DNA of 64,000 bases from Monocercomonoides exilis PA203. Its lineage: Eukaryota > Protista > Preaxostyla. The first letter of the stretch is position 1; each line of letters opens with the position of its first letter. The stretch covers positions 310,001 through 374,000 of the forward strand of contig LSRY02000061.1 in the NCBI GenBank assembly GCA_001643675.2, written 5' to 3'. Of this stretch, positions 13,001 through 25,617 are shown piece after piece. The position numbers were made by a program, and so were the translations under genes. The notes beneath the pieces were generated by a model that was given only the letters and a program-made list of their open reading frames with translations, was not told where the DNA came from and made no database searches.

Positions 13001-16000
13001 TCATCTCTTCCATATATTGCATTTATTCGCGAATAATGATTCTCTCGAAGATCAAATCGAAATTGACTTTCATTGATTTGAGAAGAAATGTTGAAGCAAT
13101 CAATGAAAATATCATTTCCTGCACTGGCTGTGTTTGCACTGAACTTCGTCCCCACAAATGTGAAATTCAATTCTCCTCTTTCCTTTGCTGCAAGATACAC
13201 TCCTCCTCCTCTTCCTGAACTGAGACCGCAGCTGCAATGGCTGATTGTTGAGTCAATCATCTTCATTGATCCTGATGCACCCAATGTGAAGAATAATGCC
13301 CCTCCTTTTTCACTTGATTCTGCTTTGTCTTCTGTGATGTTGCTCGAATTCACAACCAAACAAATCTTATTCTCACTCTTTGACTTCAAAATGCTAGCTC
13401 CATTGTCACTTCTCTTCACTCCTGAAAATGATGAATTGTCAATTTTGAGATTCATTTCCTCACCCACTTCATTTATCTTTGTTGTTAATTCAGATCCTTT
13501 GATCAGAAGAAGACATCCGCCGTTTTCATTCAACAATTTCACTCGAACATTCGACAAATGACAGGTTATTCCAGAATCATGAATTACAAAAATACTGTTT
13601 CCAACATTGCATGACCCCATCGACAAATCATTCACTTCCACGCTTCCGCCAATCGCATCCACAAACACACATTCAAATCCATTGTTCACTCCAGCCTCTG
13701 AATGGAATGAACATCCAGTTATCACCAAATCTCCTCCTCTGTTTGAAATAATTGTTTTGGCTGAACTGTCAAAATCAGATGCCAGTTGCAGTTGGATATT
13801 CATCAATTCAAGATGAATATCATTTTCGATGAAATATTCCAGCTGATTTCCAACTGCCTTTTCAAAATTCAAAGTTGCTTTCACATTCTCTTCTCCCATC
13901 TTTACACTCTTTTTGATCTGATAGTTGGACATGTTGAATGAATCTTGAATAATGGTTGATCCTTCAATCTGAATTGTTTTCTTTCCGCTTTCTTTTTTCA
14001 TGTTTTCCATCCCTTTCCACATTGTAAAGCATGGCTCTTCCTCACTTCCACAACGCGCCATGTCAAATCCTTCAGATGAGATAAATATCTCAAATGAGCT
14101 GAATGGAATCAAAAACATAAACAAATCCTTTTCTTGATGAAAGTTGTCACTTCCAACAAACAGAGTTTTGTCATCTTTCATTGATGAGTAATCAAACTTG
14201 AATGTATTGTTTGTCACAGAAGAATTAAAATCCTTTCCCAAAATGAACATGTTCTTTCCAAATTCTGCCTTATTCCCATCAAATATCAAATCTCCTGATA
14301 ATTCAAACAATGCATCTGCATCTGCCACAGAAAGCATCATTCCTCCTCCTTTCCCTGAAGATCCACTTGTTGATGGAGCACAACACTTTTCAAATCTTGT
14401 TGATGAGACATACAGTTCAGAGGGATTTTCCAATGAAACTGACAGTCCTCCCCCTCCTTTTCCATTCTCATTCACCTCACATTTAAGGAATGTGCAATTC
14501 TCAATTCTCATTGTGTCTTTGCTTCCATCACCATTCGATCTTAAGCAAGCACATCCACCATCTCCCGCTCCTCTCGTGATGTTCTCAAATAAGGTGTTCT
14601 TCAATGTGATTGATGGACATTTCTCAACATGAATCGCTCCACAATTTGGCAGATCACAATTTGTGATCGAGCAATTCTGAATCGCGACTGAGCTGCTTGT
14701 TGCAATCTCAACCAATCCACACACTTCATTTGTTGTTGTTTGATTCATAATCACCTCATCCATCATGCATTCACAACTCCCATTCACAACAATCACACAC
14801 ACTCCAAATCTCACTTCTTCCGCATTTCCTCCACATTTCATCCGGATAATCTCAATTTTCCCTCCACTCCCACCGACAAACACAAAATTCACTGCATCCA
14901 CTCCATTTCGCGTCTTTATCCCACAATCAGTAAAACTCAATGTCCCTCCTGAAGAATGAACAAATGATGATTGCCCCCCAATCAATCCTCCCAATTCAAA
15001 CAATATCCCTGTCAATATTGATGAAACACTATTCATCACCAACGCTTCTTGCGTTTTTGTTCCTGTTCCTCCAACTTTCAATCCAACATCTTTGTTGCTC
15101 GAATCAATCTCATATGGCTGCCCATTCAACTTCACTTCTTCATCAAATGAAAATGTGCTTGTCAGTCTGATGAACCTCTTTGAAATTGGAAACTGAACTT
15201 CTCCAACATTCCCAATTCCTTTGCATGGATAATCTTCATATCCACACAGTCTGAATTCACTTCCTTGTTCTCTCCCACTCACATATGCTGGTGATGAAAA
15301 TGTCCGAAGAAACACAACAAGTGGAATAATCAGCTCTGGCTTGTCTCTTTCTCTTCCACAAAGTTCATTCAAGTCTGCAACTTTTATTCCAATTTCTGGA
15401 TTGAATCCAATTGAAGTGCTGTTGATAACAGCCGATAAATCCTGTGCTTTAACAAACAAATTCTTCCCTCCCATTGTTGCAGCACAATCAACAAAACTCA
15501 CTGATGCTATTGAAAAATCAAATGAATTATCTGCCAGACATAGCATCACCCCTCCTCCATATCCACTGCATTTGCATTGATTGAACGAAGTTGTCCCTCC
15601 GCTGTTTGATATTGAATCTCCAATCAGAACCTTGCTTGTTGATGATAATAGTTCGACATTGATCCCTCCTCCATTTCCATTCACACACTCACATTCCTCA
15701 ATCGTTGTGTTCCACACGGCAAATGTCTCTCCTCCCTTCACGCTTTTTGCCAACACAACACCATCACCTGTTGTACGATTCACATTCCGAATTGTCACAT
15801 TCCCCAGCACACTTTCTCCTGATGATGATCCTGCTGATGATGGCTCCACAAATAGTGGTTGATTCATTTTCATATTTTTGATCTCCGCATCAGCCATCTT
15901 CAGCTGTTTCAGTGCAACTTCAAACACAGATGCTGATATAACACTTCCTCCAGTTGTACCTGAGATCACCACATCCTCCAGTGAAAGAGCCCCGCTCTCC

Positions 16001-18180
16001 AGTGACACCACAAACACACTCGGCGATGGACTTCTTGCTGCATTGTGGTCGACCCCCAAATGTCCCACCTCCAATTGGCCAGAAGATATGCTAAACAGCG
16101 TTGTCGAAGTCGAAGAAAGAGCACTTGTCCCAACCACACTCACTGCCTTCCCTCTCCCAACAATAGAAATCTTCTTTTCCCCAACACTGATCGTCTTCTC
16201 TTCGCTCACGTGCTTCCCACCCAGCAAAGTGATTGTCGAGCTCAGCTGCACCATGCTTGTCTCCACCGCATGCTCCACTGTCTTGCACGATGCCGACTCG
16301 ATCATCCCACACAGATTGTTTGTGTCATCCCCACTCACCCCCACAAACCGATACTTCATCCCTTCCTTCAGCCAATCCTTCTTTTCTGTGTGCTGATGCA
16401 TCCAATTACTATCGGCAAAACACACTCTCCTATTATCGCTATTCATTGTATAAGATTCGTAGAACGGATTATTCGAATCAAAGAGATTAAATTCATCATA
16501 GAAATACACATCATGGCCATATGGAGCGGAATCAGTGCATCTGCAATTGTGAAAGAAGAGAAAATAACAATAAAGGTTGTGACTTGGAGCTGTTGATTGA
16601 TGTGGTTCAAAATCCAATCCTCCGCCATATGATACAGCCGAGCACGAAATAAATTGGAGGCTCCTCATTTTGAATGCAACCGGAACACAATAGCAATACA
16701 AACCTCCGCCATATTGGCTTGAAAGCGAGCACGCAGTGAATGAGCACTCAAACACACAAGCACTCTCTCCTTTGCCATTTTCTGTTCCAATACAGTTAGA
16801 TCCAGAAACTTGAAAAGTTGATAAAAGAATTCCTCCTCCAAAGCTATCTGCCTTACAATTCTGGAATTCACAACCACTGATCCACACACACGAAGTTATA
16901 TCAAAAACACATATCCCTCCTCCATTAATATTTTGGATTGTACAGGCGTTGAATGAATTGTTTTCAATCTTGATAGAATTTATTGAAACACACAAAATTC
17001 CTCCGCCACAACCATATGCATAGCAATCATTGAACGAACAACATTCCACTGAAAGCAATCCTGATGGAAGACCGTTCATAAAAATTGCTCCACCATTTGA
17101 AGCGCCATCTTCCAATGTGGCATTTTCTCCAGTGGTTCTTGAGTCATTCCACACGCACCAAGTGAATATATTCATTCCATTGTCTGCTATCTGCTGTCTC
17201 CCTGGATGCTTTTTATCACTTTCTCTCCCGATGAATTCAACGTTTCTTGTCCGACGGTATCCCACAAATGATATGTTCGAAGCAGACAACGAAGCTGAAG
17301 GGTTGTTCAGAGAAGGAACAATCCCGTCATCATAAACATCACAAACACTTGAAAACGAGCAACAACTCATTAATGTCGAACTCTTTGAGGGAAATCCATG
17401 TGCTGAAGGCTGCTGCGAAGGAGAAATCGAGATGTTGAAAAATTCCAAATTTGCGAGCGAAAAAATGGATATGCTGGAAGATGATAAAAACGGGTCTGAC
17501 GAAACACAAAAAGATGAGAAACGAGATTCACTCACTGAAGCAGTTCCTTCCTCAAGAAAACAGCTGGTTGTTGCTTCTGAAGCAAAAAGAGAAGGAAAAT
17601 CATGCAAGTTCCAAACTGATGAATAAAGTGAAATATTAACTATCGTCCCACAACACCCACGAATAGCAATTGGAGGCTCTGGAGATTCAACTGACAGCTC
17701 ACATTCGCTCATTTCAACAAAACTTCCATTTCCTGCCTGAATTACTCTTCCATTTCTTTCTCCCTTCATCGACAAATAAATGAGTCTTGATGAAGAATTG
17801 GCAAAAATAAAATATCCTTCAATTTCACTTTTTTCATGGGTTTTTCCAATTTTCATAATTTCTTCTTTGCTTTTTAGAAAATTTCCTCTTTCATTGCGTT
17901 CATGAGATTCATCGTTCGCATCCTCGCATTCATTTCTTCCATAATTTTCAATATCTTCAATCCTTTTCATTTCATTGGAAGAACTTCTTTCTTCCATTCT
18001 CAAAGCAATTTTTTTTTCTTCAAAACTCTTTTGGAAAGAATTTAACCGATCATTGGGCCAACAACTCATTTTTTCTTCTCTCGCACTTTTTTCCATCTTC
18101 CCCATTTCTTCGCTTGTGGCATTATTGAGCGTGCAACGCACACAAATACTGATAACAAGCAAACACATTCCAGACATCAT
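10033..18180 (-). CDS. 2715-aa type I membrane protein: Cys-rich right-handed beta-helix (Pmp-like) ectodomain, single TM, cytoplasmic pseudokinase-like domain
   Basis: Intronless ORF with a hydrophobic N-terminus and many GGA/GGG-hydrophobic and F..C/N repeats. Four hhVS..G.D...CG....PC modules, TM WAFIIAIIFVVLFLIVLIVAIAFIV-RWKK, and kinase C-lobe LRWKAPEL...VFSIGMMLWECLT...PF...RP. Confidence 0.9.
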   Translation of the reverse strand: MMSGMCLLVISICVRCTLNNATSEEMGKMEKSAREEKMSCWPNDRLNSFQKSFEEKKIALRMEERSSSNEMKRIEDIENYGRNECEDANDESHERNERGNFLKSKEEIMKIGKTHEKSEIEGYFIFANSSSRLIYLSMKGERNGRVIQAGNGSFVEMSECELSVESPEPPIAIRGCCGTIVNISLYSSVWNLHDFPSLFASEATTSCFLEEGTASVSESRFSSFCVSSDPFLSSSSISIFSLANLEFFNISISPSQQPSAHGFPSKSSTLMSCCSFSSVCDVYDDGIVPSLNNPSASLSASNISFVGYRRTRNVEFIGRESDKKHPGRQQIADNGMNIFTWCVWNDSRTTGENATLEDGASNGGAIFMNGLPSGLLSVECCSFNDCYAYGCGGGILCVSINSIKIENNSFNACTIQNINGGGICVFDITSCVWISGCEFQNCKADSFGGGILLSTFQVSGSNCIGTENGKGESACVFECSFTACSLSSQYGGGLYCYCVPVAFKMRSLQFISCSAVSYGGGLDFEPHQSTAPSHNLYCYFLFFHNCRCTDSAPYGHDVYFYDEFNLFDSNNPFYESYTMNSDNRRVCFADSNWMHQHTEKKDWLKEGMKYRFVGVSGDDTNNLCGMIESASCKTVEHAVETSMVQLSSTITLLGGKHVSEEKTISVGEKKISIVGRGKAVSVVGTSALSSTSTTLFSISSGQLEVGHLGVDHNAARSPSPSVFVVSLESGALSLEDVVISGTTGGSVISASVFEVALKQLKMADAEIKNMKMNQPLFVEPSSAGSSSGESVLGNVTIRNVNRTTGDGVVLAKSVKGGETFAVWNTTIEECECVNGNGGGINVELLSSTSKVLIGDSISNSGGTTSFNQCKCSGYGGGVMLCLADNSFDFSIASVSFVDCAATMGGKNLFVKAQDLSAVINSTSIGFNPEIGIKVADLNELCGRERDKPELIIPLVVFLRTFSSPAYVSGREQGSEFRLCGYEDYPCKGIGNVGEVQFPISKRFIRLTSTFSFDEEVKLNGQPYEIDSSNKDVGLKVGGTGTKTQEALVMNSVSSILTGILFELGGLIGGQSSFVHSSGGTLSFTDCGIKTRNGVDAVNFVFVGGSGGKIEIIRMKCGGNAEEVRFGVCVIVVNGSCECMMDEVIMNQTTTNEVCGLVEIATSSSVAIQNCSITNCDLPNCGAIHVEKCPSITLKNTLFENITRGAGDGGCACLRSNGDGSKDTMRIENCTFLKCEVNENGKGGGGLSVSLENPSELYVSSTRFEKCCAPSTSGSSGKGGGMMLSVADADALFELSGDLIFDGNKAEFGKNMFILGKDFNSSVTNNTFKFDYSSMKDDKTLFVGSDNFHQEKDLFMFLIPFSSFEIFISSEGFDMARCGSEEEPCFTMWKGMENMKKESGKKTIQIEGSTIIQDSFNMSNYQIKKSVKMGEENVKATLNFEKAVGNQLEYFIENDIHLELMNIQLQLASDFDSSAKTIISNRGGDLVITGCSFHSEAGVNNGFECVFVDAIGGSVEVNDLSMGSCNVGNSIFVIHDSGITCHLSNVRVKLLNENGGCLLLIKGSELTTKINEVGEEMNLKIDNSSFSGVKRSDNGASILKSKSENKICLVVNSSNITEDKAESSEKGGALFFTLGASGSMKMIDSTISHCSCGLSSGRGGGVYLAAKERGELNFTFVGTKFSANTASAGNDIFIDCFNISSQINESQFRFDLRENHYSRINAIYGRDECDYPIDTNLIDFVTIYQSDTIVVSGVNGSNDRQCGTNTLPCDSIEHGLMHMTSDFMSLMFIVEESVIGEEINLEEMSLSSRSRGLCEVEVKSSIEKTKDSLISTTGAVSLLRVNFVFDLNFISSHESLISPEGGILEVMNCSFGSKQLTEGGNTAFANIPFHIINMKKGELQLDGCTISNLILHESSLYLSSQLPSVIDSLTIFNSTIKTFLIDINECGQLNMEKLQIENITVEGDEESLTFCLSMKKTICLTNCTMGGVSSKIAKGKLMKLENCLDVKMDSCVFDGSEKERNEQYLNSGEELCRWDGSVVDVVNSSVMTKDTTISNSPEGGITMSGGNVNIEKGEFIDNNPSVEGYPSLRRNIICSDSGALNVLSLKGGDGLKDNTSLWILNEGCTLGGIVSERDSSFFIPVLERVSSEEDEGEMKLTFTGSLLLPCNLSFEIISKVGDVDVIDRYEFCSDEHGNESSAVGRIQSNAVKSAAEEAEVSVCILFGKADSPSSTQSFILKNRSEPKANGDERIVEGRKEGKSWAFIIAIIFVVLFLIVLIVAIAFIVRWKKQKRRTKELEVIVEDTVKKDPKAFEMVTMEMSPEEQWRRAEREAEKKNDERMKKRINGKMEHSESSEHLLSESGSTEYILGRDSDEIPQWMLEKVDEKEEGEIQKRSPSPSISSTSTTSTTDSDSTFVRGEDLCPTTSSMSNLVDAMACSSPHEKLIVDLRDSLFMLLHGLNKTKEMAIGTLEERVITAAQILFWVANLALHSFDEMENPLQSLDNLSPHIVLFSEHMVICLAMHSSYSSDCSDSSSISSSSTIATSSSDISLMSERFTDSPPPSSAFEDELDNRDECLRWKAPELLNGQKKHATKKTVVFSIGMMLWECLTLQVPFGEYEAEVAGQKIMNGARPEIESIQNSKLANLVKNMLSSTVSDRPSLAFLKSEYIRLFPQNASRFTVSDAINLMAESNYSEYNNGSCSTKKASRTTNQTLVEQ

Positions 18181-18519
18181 TTGTGCTTTGCTTGAACAAA
18201 AATTATAACTTCTCCAAGTTCCTGCTTTTTTTGTTCTTTGTATTATGGGTTCATTTCTCTCATCATATCATTTTTTCAATTATTTCTCTTTTCTTCAATT
18301 CACCAAATTCCTTTTTAACTGTCGCCTTTGCATTGTGTGACATTTTTTTCACACAATTCAATCAGTACAATGATATATTCTCTTTTCGATTTTTCTCATT
18401 CGGAAAGCAAAAATATCCAGCATTTTGATTGAGTGTAATTTGAGACTTTTCAACAAATTCTTGAGAAAGAGAGAAATAATGTTTGCTTCTTTTCATTGAT
18501 TTTTTCAAATCAACAATAT

Positions 18520-19620
18520 TCACTCAATTCTTTGTCTCAGTTGTCGGAATTTTCTTTCGAACTTGAAATAACAATTTGAAGTTGGGCTTTTTTCCTTTTT
18601 TATCCTCTTTGCAAAGCACATCTTTTTGCAACACACTTCGTATTTTTTTTTCAAAAAACTGTTGCAGCTCTTGTTTTTCAAAGCCAAATTCCACATAAGT
18701 TGCCTGAAAATGAATATGTTGCTTCATTTGTACTCCACTTTCGATAATCTCACAGCGCAACGAGTCAAAACGAATTCACATCCTCCAAAGAAAAATTGCC
18801 CTCAATCCTCATTTTCTTGAGGAGTTTCAGAATTGTTGGAGGATCAGAATGGTTCTCATCTCTTCTCATGGATCACAGGGAAACTTCAAAAAATATTCTT
18901 CCAATAAATATAAAGATTCGAAGAATTCAACAACATATTTGTCACAGTAAATCCATCATCAAAAAATGCATTTCCTCACCTATTTGCCCACTCTCTGTTG
19001 CATCTCTTTCCCTGGATCGAATTAATTTCACTTTTTGTTTTCAATCAGAAAAATAAATGTGGAAAAAAAAGGAGTTTCGCTAAACTTCAAAATAAAATAA
19101 TAAAGAATGGAACAAACGAATCTGTTCGATAATTCGCAACGAACATTGTTCAAAAGGCATTTTGAGATGCTCCTCCCTGGTTATTCTGCCAGTTTATTAT
19201 TTTTGAACTGCTTCATTTCCAGCCTAATGTCCGTCCTGTTGCCAAAATGTTTTCATTCGAAATGTCTCTTTTCTGTTCTTCAAAATTTTTAAATTCTCGC
19301 TTCTTTTTGTTGCAAAACAAACTTTGTGAGCATTTCCATCTCCACAATTTTCAGATCATTCATTTGAGTTGATTTATGAATACTCAACAAACTCCAAAAT
19401 AAGTTCTTTCAATTGTAAAAAAATGGCAATATTGAAAATAAATATATCATTATATCGTACATACATGTTTATCAAACATTTGTTTGATGTTTTTACGAAG
19501 AATTTTGTCTTTGAGTCATTCTTTATTGAGCAATCAGCCAAGTGAATATTTCATCAAACATACCGATAGCCAAGCAAATATAAGTCTCTTCACCTTTGAT
19601 ATTCGCATAATTGCTCAACT
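18520..19620 (-). mobile_element. Highly decayed Mutator-like (MULE) transposase remnant
   Basis: Scattered motif traces in plausible order across frames: LGYRY, CGDG, FEQ...RLFH, EGNFSLEDVNSF...STNEATYSF. No intact ORF. Confidence 0.35.
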
Positions 19621-21090
19621 TTCCATTTGAAGAGGTTGCAGGCACCAACATCAAAACGCTTTGCAAAAGGGATACAAAACGTTCTCAATTTTGATCAATC
19701 CAATAAGTTGTATGATGCTTTAGTTATTTGCAAAATTGTTGCAAAAAAGCAATATAGAGATGGATGGATGATCATTATAACGCGAAATGCTAATAAATTG
19801 TGGGCAGAAGAGTTTGACAAAGCTGAACAGGAGTCAGCATTGATTTTATAATTTTTTTCGTCCAATGCTTAAAAATGCATTTTTCTAGATAAAGGGAAAA
19901 ACTTCGAAGTGAAAGGGGGAACGAATTGTCTGCAAACGCAACAATGAAGGTCAAATTTGCATTTTTGTTGCAATTGAATGGATGCATTGCAACTCAAAGA
20001 AGAAATCGCAGTTTTTTTGTTTCTAAAAAAAAAAAAAAGACATCCCGCGAAGTGAAGTGTGTGGCGGATAACGCTTTTTTGAGCAAACTTATTTTATTTT
20101 TATAGTACGGCTGCTTATTTATGATGCTGATATTTTAGCAGTTTCATGGAGGTATTTTGTGATATCACTTTTTAAAAAAAGGTATTGCTTCTGAGGATTG
20201 CTTTGAGCAATGCTTAGGGGAAATGGCAAGTGTGCATTCATCGGCGATGTCTCATGGACACACGCTGATTTGGCAACAAAAGGTTTGCGAAGACTGCACA
20301 ATCATCACTTTTTATCTTTATGAATGTTTAACAAAAGCATTATTATTTCAGGATATGTTCAAGGTGCGTTTTGTTCGCTCGTGAAAGATAACCTTCATTA
20401 CAGACGCGAAGGTTCGCTTAAGAAGACGATTTTCTGAATGTGTATTAACGAGAGATATCAACTGCACATCTGAGGTTTCGTGTCTGTGAGTGGAATGACG
20501 ATGACTATCCACGGGGTTTTGATGGCTGAAAGACGGATACAGACTGCATCAAAAAAGAAATTAAGTGATGAATAAAGAAAGAAAAGAAAAGAATCAAAGA
20601 AGATCGAAAGAAAATTCAACACATATGGAAACTGCACACCAAATATCCACATCTGAATTTTGCTGGAAAGCGATTATCCTTCTTTAGCTTTCACTTTATC
20701 ATCAACTTCATCGCCATCTTCCTCAACTTTCAAGAAGTATTTTTATTTGAGTCTCTGTCAAATCAGACTCTGAGATGTATTTGCGTTTCTTAAGCAGCGC
20801 ACTCCGCTGTCATCTTTGCATCTGTTTCACATTTCTTCTTGATGATTTTATCTGATGATTGCCAATCGATTGCCAACACTCAGAAAGGTGATATTTGCGG
20901 TTCTTCATCGACACACACGATCTTCTGTCATTTGAAACAACATTCAGTTTGAATTGGCGATCTGTCATGAACTGGGCGAAGGAATCAGATGGAAGCACAG
21001 AAATGTGATGGCTTGTGGGCAGAGTGGAAGAGACGAGACTCACAATTAGGACACAAGGCACGATGGAACAGCTGAATAAAAAGTTGGAGA

Positions 21091-21096
<6 letters not shown>

Positions 21097-21121
<25 letters not shown>

Positions 21122-21132
21122 CACAGACAGAC

Positions 21133-21171
<39 letters not shown>

Positions 21172-21208
21172 GAGACAGAGAGACAGAGACAGAGAGAGAA
21201 AGAGAGAA
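21097..21208. repeat. (AG)n / (AGAC)n compound microsatellite
   Basis: Directly visible dinucleotide run. Confidence 0.95.
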
Positions 21209-22035
21209 GGTATTACAACTGAGCAAGAAGAATGAAGTATATTTTGACTTTTAAAGATGAAAAAAAAGGAAAAGCTGGGGAAATAGAAGAAAACAGAAGA
21301 AGAAGAAGAAGAAGAAGAAGAAAGAGCAAAGAAATGACGCACACAAAAGGCAGAGCGAAGAAGACTGAAGCAAAAGATCAAGTGCCGTTGAGGCAGAAAG
21401 ATTGAAGATAATTTGGATGAAGTTTGCAGACAACGCTGTTTTGAGAGAATGGTCATGAAATGTCTGCCAAATTGTTTTGTTTTGCTTTCACTTCGTCTTT
21501 GGGATGTCTTCGCTTTCATCTTCGTTGAAAGGCAACGAATTTTCTGATTGACAGGTGTTTTGTATGTATTTTATTAATATTCTTTTTGTTTGTATTCGAC
21601 AAATGGCTTTTCGCTTTGAGATGAAAAGAAATGAAACAACAACTCTTGTTTTTTCCGACTTGTTTGCAGTTTTTGAAAATTCAGATGAAATCATTTGCAA
21701 CTATTTTTAAAAAAGAAAATTCACAAACGATTTATTTTTGTTTCTTTTTTATAGCCGATTTTTTCCCTTTACTTTTTTTATTTAAAAGAATAAGCCGTTT
21801 TATTGAATAATAAGTGTATCATAAATAACAGAAATTGATTCAGCTTTTTTGTTTCAGCAATTCCGAAGGATAAACAGCATATTGTTGAATGCAAACAAAA
21901 ATATAAATTCATGTTTTGTGAATTATTGCATGGAAAAAACAGAAAAAATTTAATTTTAGTAATTTTCCCATAACATCTTAAAAAAATTGCATTTTATTTA
22001 GAAGAAATTCCTGTTGGATATCTTCGTTATTTCTT

Positions 22036-25000
22036 ATGTTTTTATTTATAATTTTGTGCTTCACTAATTCAAGTTGTGAAATTCAGAACTGGAAGTTTGA
22101 TCCTCCAACTGAATATAAGGATGTTCGTTTTGGTGAAAATGTCCTTTTCATCAACTATTATTGGATAGCAGTGAGCGATCGTATGACTTATATATTTTTC
22201 ATGCATTTTTAAACTTGACAAATGATATTTGAAAGATGGTTCAAATGAAGAAAAAGGATGTGTTCATTTCTTTGAGTACATAAATGATACTGTTGGATAC
22301 ATATATTCTCACACACTACAACCTCCCAGCGAGGAGGATTGTCGCTCATTTGGATTTTCTATATCTGCTGTATTTTCAAATGCTCATGGATCCCGTATTT
22401 TTGTTGTTTCTGCACCATCTGGGGTTTATATGTCAGATCAAAAGACAAATACTGAAGACATGATGGATGCAATAAGGCGCACAAAAAAGACATCAAAAAG
22501 TAGTTATGTATTCGTTTATAGTTTTAATGAATATGATGGAGGTTTGAGATGCTTTTACACTGTTATTATTTCAAAGTAAATTTTTTTGAAGAATTAACTC
22601 TCTTAAATACTTTCAAGGATGATAATCCTTTTTTTGGATATAGCATTTCTATTGAGTTTAGTGGAGTTCTTGCGATTGGCATTCCTGGATTCGACAACGA
22701 ACAAAAAAAACCATTAATGGGAAGTGTTGCTGTTATGCTTTATGAGAAAGGTTTGTTGGAGAGATGTAATTTTTTGATAATAGGTATTTATGTGGTAGCA
22801 TGCAATCTATGACACATAAAAATAATTTATAATTTTTTAAAATTTGAACTATTTTTTGTTGTTTTTGAAAATTATTTTTCTTCTTTTTCAAACTTTTTTT
22901 GTGAATACAATTGCTTAAACAATAATTATATTTTTTTGCCTTACTTCAGGTGCATATGCTTTGCATCGCTATTCTCTTTTGTCTCAAGCTGAAGATGAAG
23001 CGATGTATGGGAGTTCTGTTTATGCAGGGCCTGAATGTGTTTTTGTGGGAGGGTTTGGCTCGTCCTCAGTGGCAATTTTGCTGATTGAGCGAAATGGAAC
23101 TGATGAAAAGAAGGAAAAGTCGAAGGCATCCAGAAATTCGTACGATGTTGCATATGTCTTGGGGAAGAAAAGGCTGCCTATGAAAAGCTGTTTCGCACCA
23201 CTATCCAGATTCCAGAAGCTGAAAAACGCATTGCAAAGTGTAGTGTTTCATCGTAAAACGGAAAGATTCAATAATTTTCCTGTGAAAACATCCTTTCCAT
23301 TGCTACCATCAAAAGCTGGTTTTTCTTCTCTATCTTTTCAGACAACAATTCCATCATCTTCATCATCTTTTGCCTCTTCAAAATCATCTTCATTCAAAAA
23401 AGATCATCCACATCGCATTTCTTATGTCGCTTCACAAGTTAATTCTTCTCATTTCAACGAGAGTTTTATTTCTTCCTTGAACACTTCATTCACCTCAACT
23501 TCATCGTCTTCCTCTTCTTCTTCTTCTTCTTCTTCTTCACATTCATCCATCTCTCCCACCCCATCCACCTCAGATGCAGCATCATCAGACAAGACAGTCA
23601 TTTCACACCCATTTTTCGTCAGCACCGACCTCAACTACACCGAAGCCGAGCTTGTCAGCAGCGCCTTCTGTTCTTCTCTGGCTGCTTCGTACGACGGCGA
23701 GTGGATGTTCTGCGGGAGCCCCTTTTTGAACAGCTCTAATGGAGGCGTGTTTGTGCTGGTGGGCGCGCTGAGGAAGGCGAAGGAGGAGTGGGAGAAGGAG
23801 AAAAAGAAGAAAGTGGATGAAGGAGTGGAGGTAGTTGCTGAATGGGAAGATAAAGAAGAAGATTGGAGTGATGGAAATGGCAATACAATGAATAATAAAA
23901 TGAGCAGTGGGAAAGAAAAAGCCGAAAGAACTGAAGAAGACCGTTCAAACAGAACGAAAGAGCAGAAAACGACTGAAGATAAGAGGAATGCGGCAGATAA
24001 CATTGTTATTTTGCTGCATTCGTATCTTCTTGAGCCAAGTTGTGGCTGTGTGAAAACAAAAGACAGGAGCACATGGAAAACGAAAGAAGAAGAAGAAGAG
24101 GAAGAGGAAGAGGAAGAAGAAGAAGAAGGAAAAGAGGATGAGAAGGAAAAGGTAGTTTTTCATATCACAAAAGACGAAGATCTCAAAAATGATTGTCAAA
24201 AGAATCAATCCGCAAATAAAACGAAACAGTCAAATATGAACAGGAATTCTTCATCATTCAAATCATCATCATCTTCATCATCATCATCATCATCTTCTTC
24301 TTCTTCTTCTTCTTCTTCTTCTTCTTCTTCTTCTTCTTCTTCTTCTTCTTCTTCTTCTTCTTCTTCGCCTTCTTCTTCTTCTTCTTCTTCTTCTTCGCCT
24401 TCTTCTTCTTCTTCTTCGCCTTCTTTAAAGCCCACACCATGTTTGTTTGGGGAGCACATTTCATATGAACAGACGATGGAAGTGTTGGCCGTCTCGGCCA
24501 TCGGCGGAAGAGCTGAAGATGTGCCGAAAGAAAGGCTGCTGAAGATTTCGTTTGCGAAAGAAGAAAAAAGCACACACAGCAAAACAAGCGAGGAAAGCAG
24601 AGAGAAGCAGATTGATGAACACAAAAATGGAGTTCAAAAAGATTCGCTCAAAGAAAATGAATCAAAAAGAGCAAAGACAAATAGTTTTGTGAGTCCAAAA
24701 CCAAAATCTTCTCAACTCACTTCGTTTCATCCGTCGCAGGATGCTATCCAGAGCAAGCCAGGGCTTGTGTTCCAGTACTCCTTCAACGAGAACAAGACTG
24801 AGCCAAAAGAAGGGCTGAAGAAAGGCAAATTCGACGAGAAGCAGACGATTGTTGCAGGCGGTGCCAGCTCTCTTTCCTTTCTGTATTTTTCGCATTACTC
24901 GGAGTCCTATGGCATCGCTGGGAGTTTCATTCCTGACGTCTCTTCTTTCGCTCGCTCTGGCTCTGATGACATATTCACTCATAATAACATGACCAATGAA

Positions 25001-25582
25001 TTTTCTTCTGCTTCTAACGCTTTTGTTTCTCTGGAGGAGTCTGCAGCAGATTCTTTGGCAGTGTTCAAAGAGGACAAAAGTGTGTTTCTGCTGCTTGTGT
25101 CTGTGTCCAGCAAGCAGACGGTGGATGTCTGGACGATTCTGATATTTGTGGCGATGCTGCTGTTCAGCATACTGATCTTGGGGGTGTGCATAGCTCTTGC
25201 CTGCATCCGGAGGAGGAGGAGGAGGCTGCTAAATCAGGGTGGGATGGGAGGTGGAGGAGACGGGGGAGAAGAAGGGGTGGGAGAAGGGGAAGGAGGAGGA
25301 GGAGGAGGAGGAGGGAGAGGATTGGGAGGAGAAGGGAGAAGGTTGGAAGGCGATGGCAATGATGGTGATGAGCGCGGAAGAAGGAGGAGAAGGAGGAGAG
25401 AAGAAGAAGACCGAAGAAGAAGAAGAGAGGATGTGGAAGAAGATTTGCAGGAAGAAATGTTTGCGGTGGCTATGCTGGTGATATCAGAGATGGAGAGGGA
25501 GGAGCGGGAGAGAAGAGAGAGGGAGCAGAAGGAAGAAGAAGAAGTCAATGCGCGAAGCAACAACCAAAGAAGAGATAGAGAA

Positions 25583-25617
<35 letters not shown>

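Noticed and set aside
20100-21700. Possible minus-strand gene around the AG microsatellite
   Set aside because: Moderately GC-rich and exon-like, but no consistent stop-free spliced frame or recognisable motif could be built.
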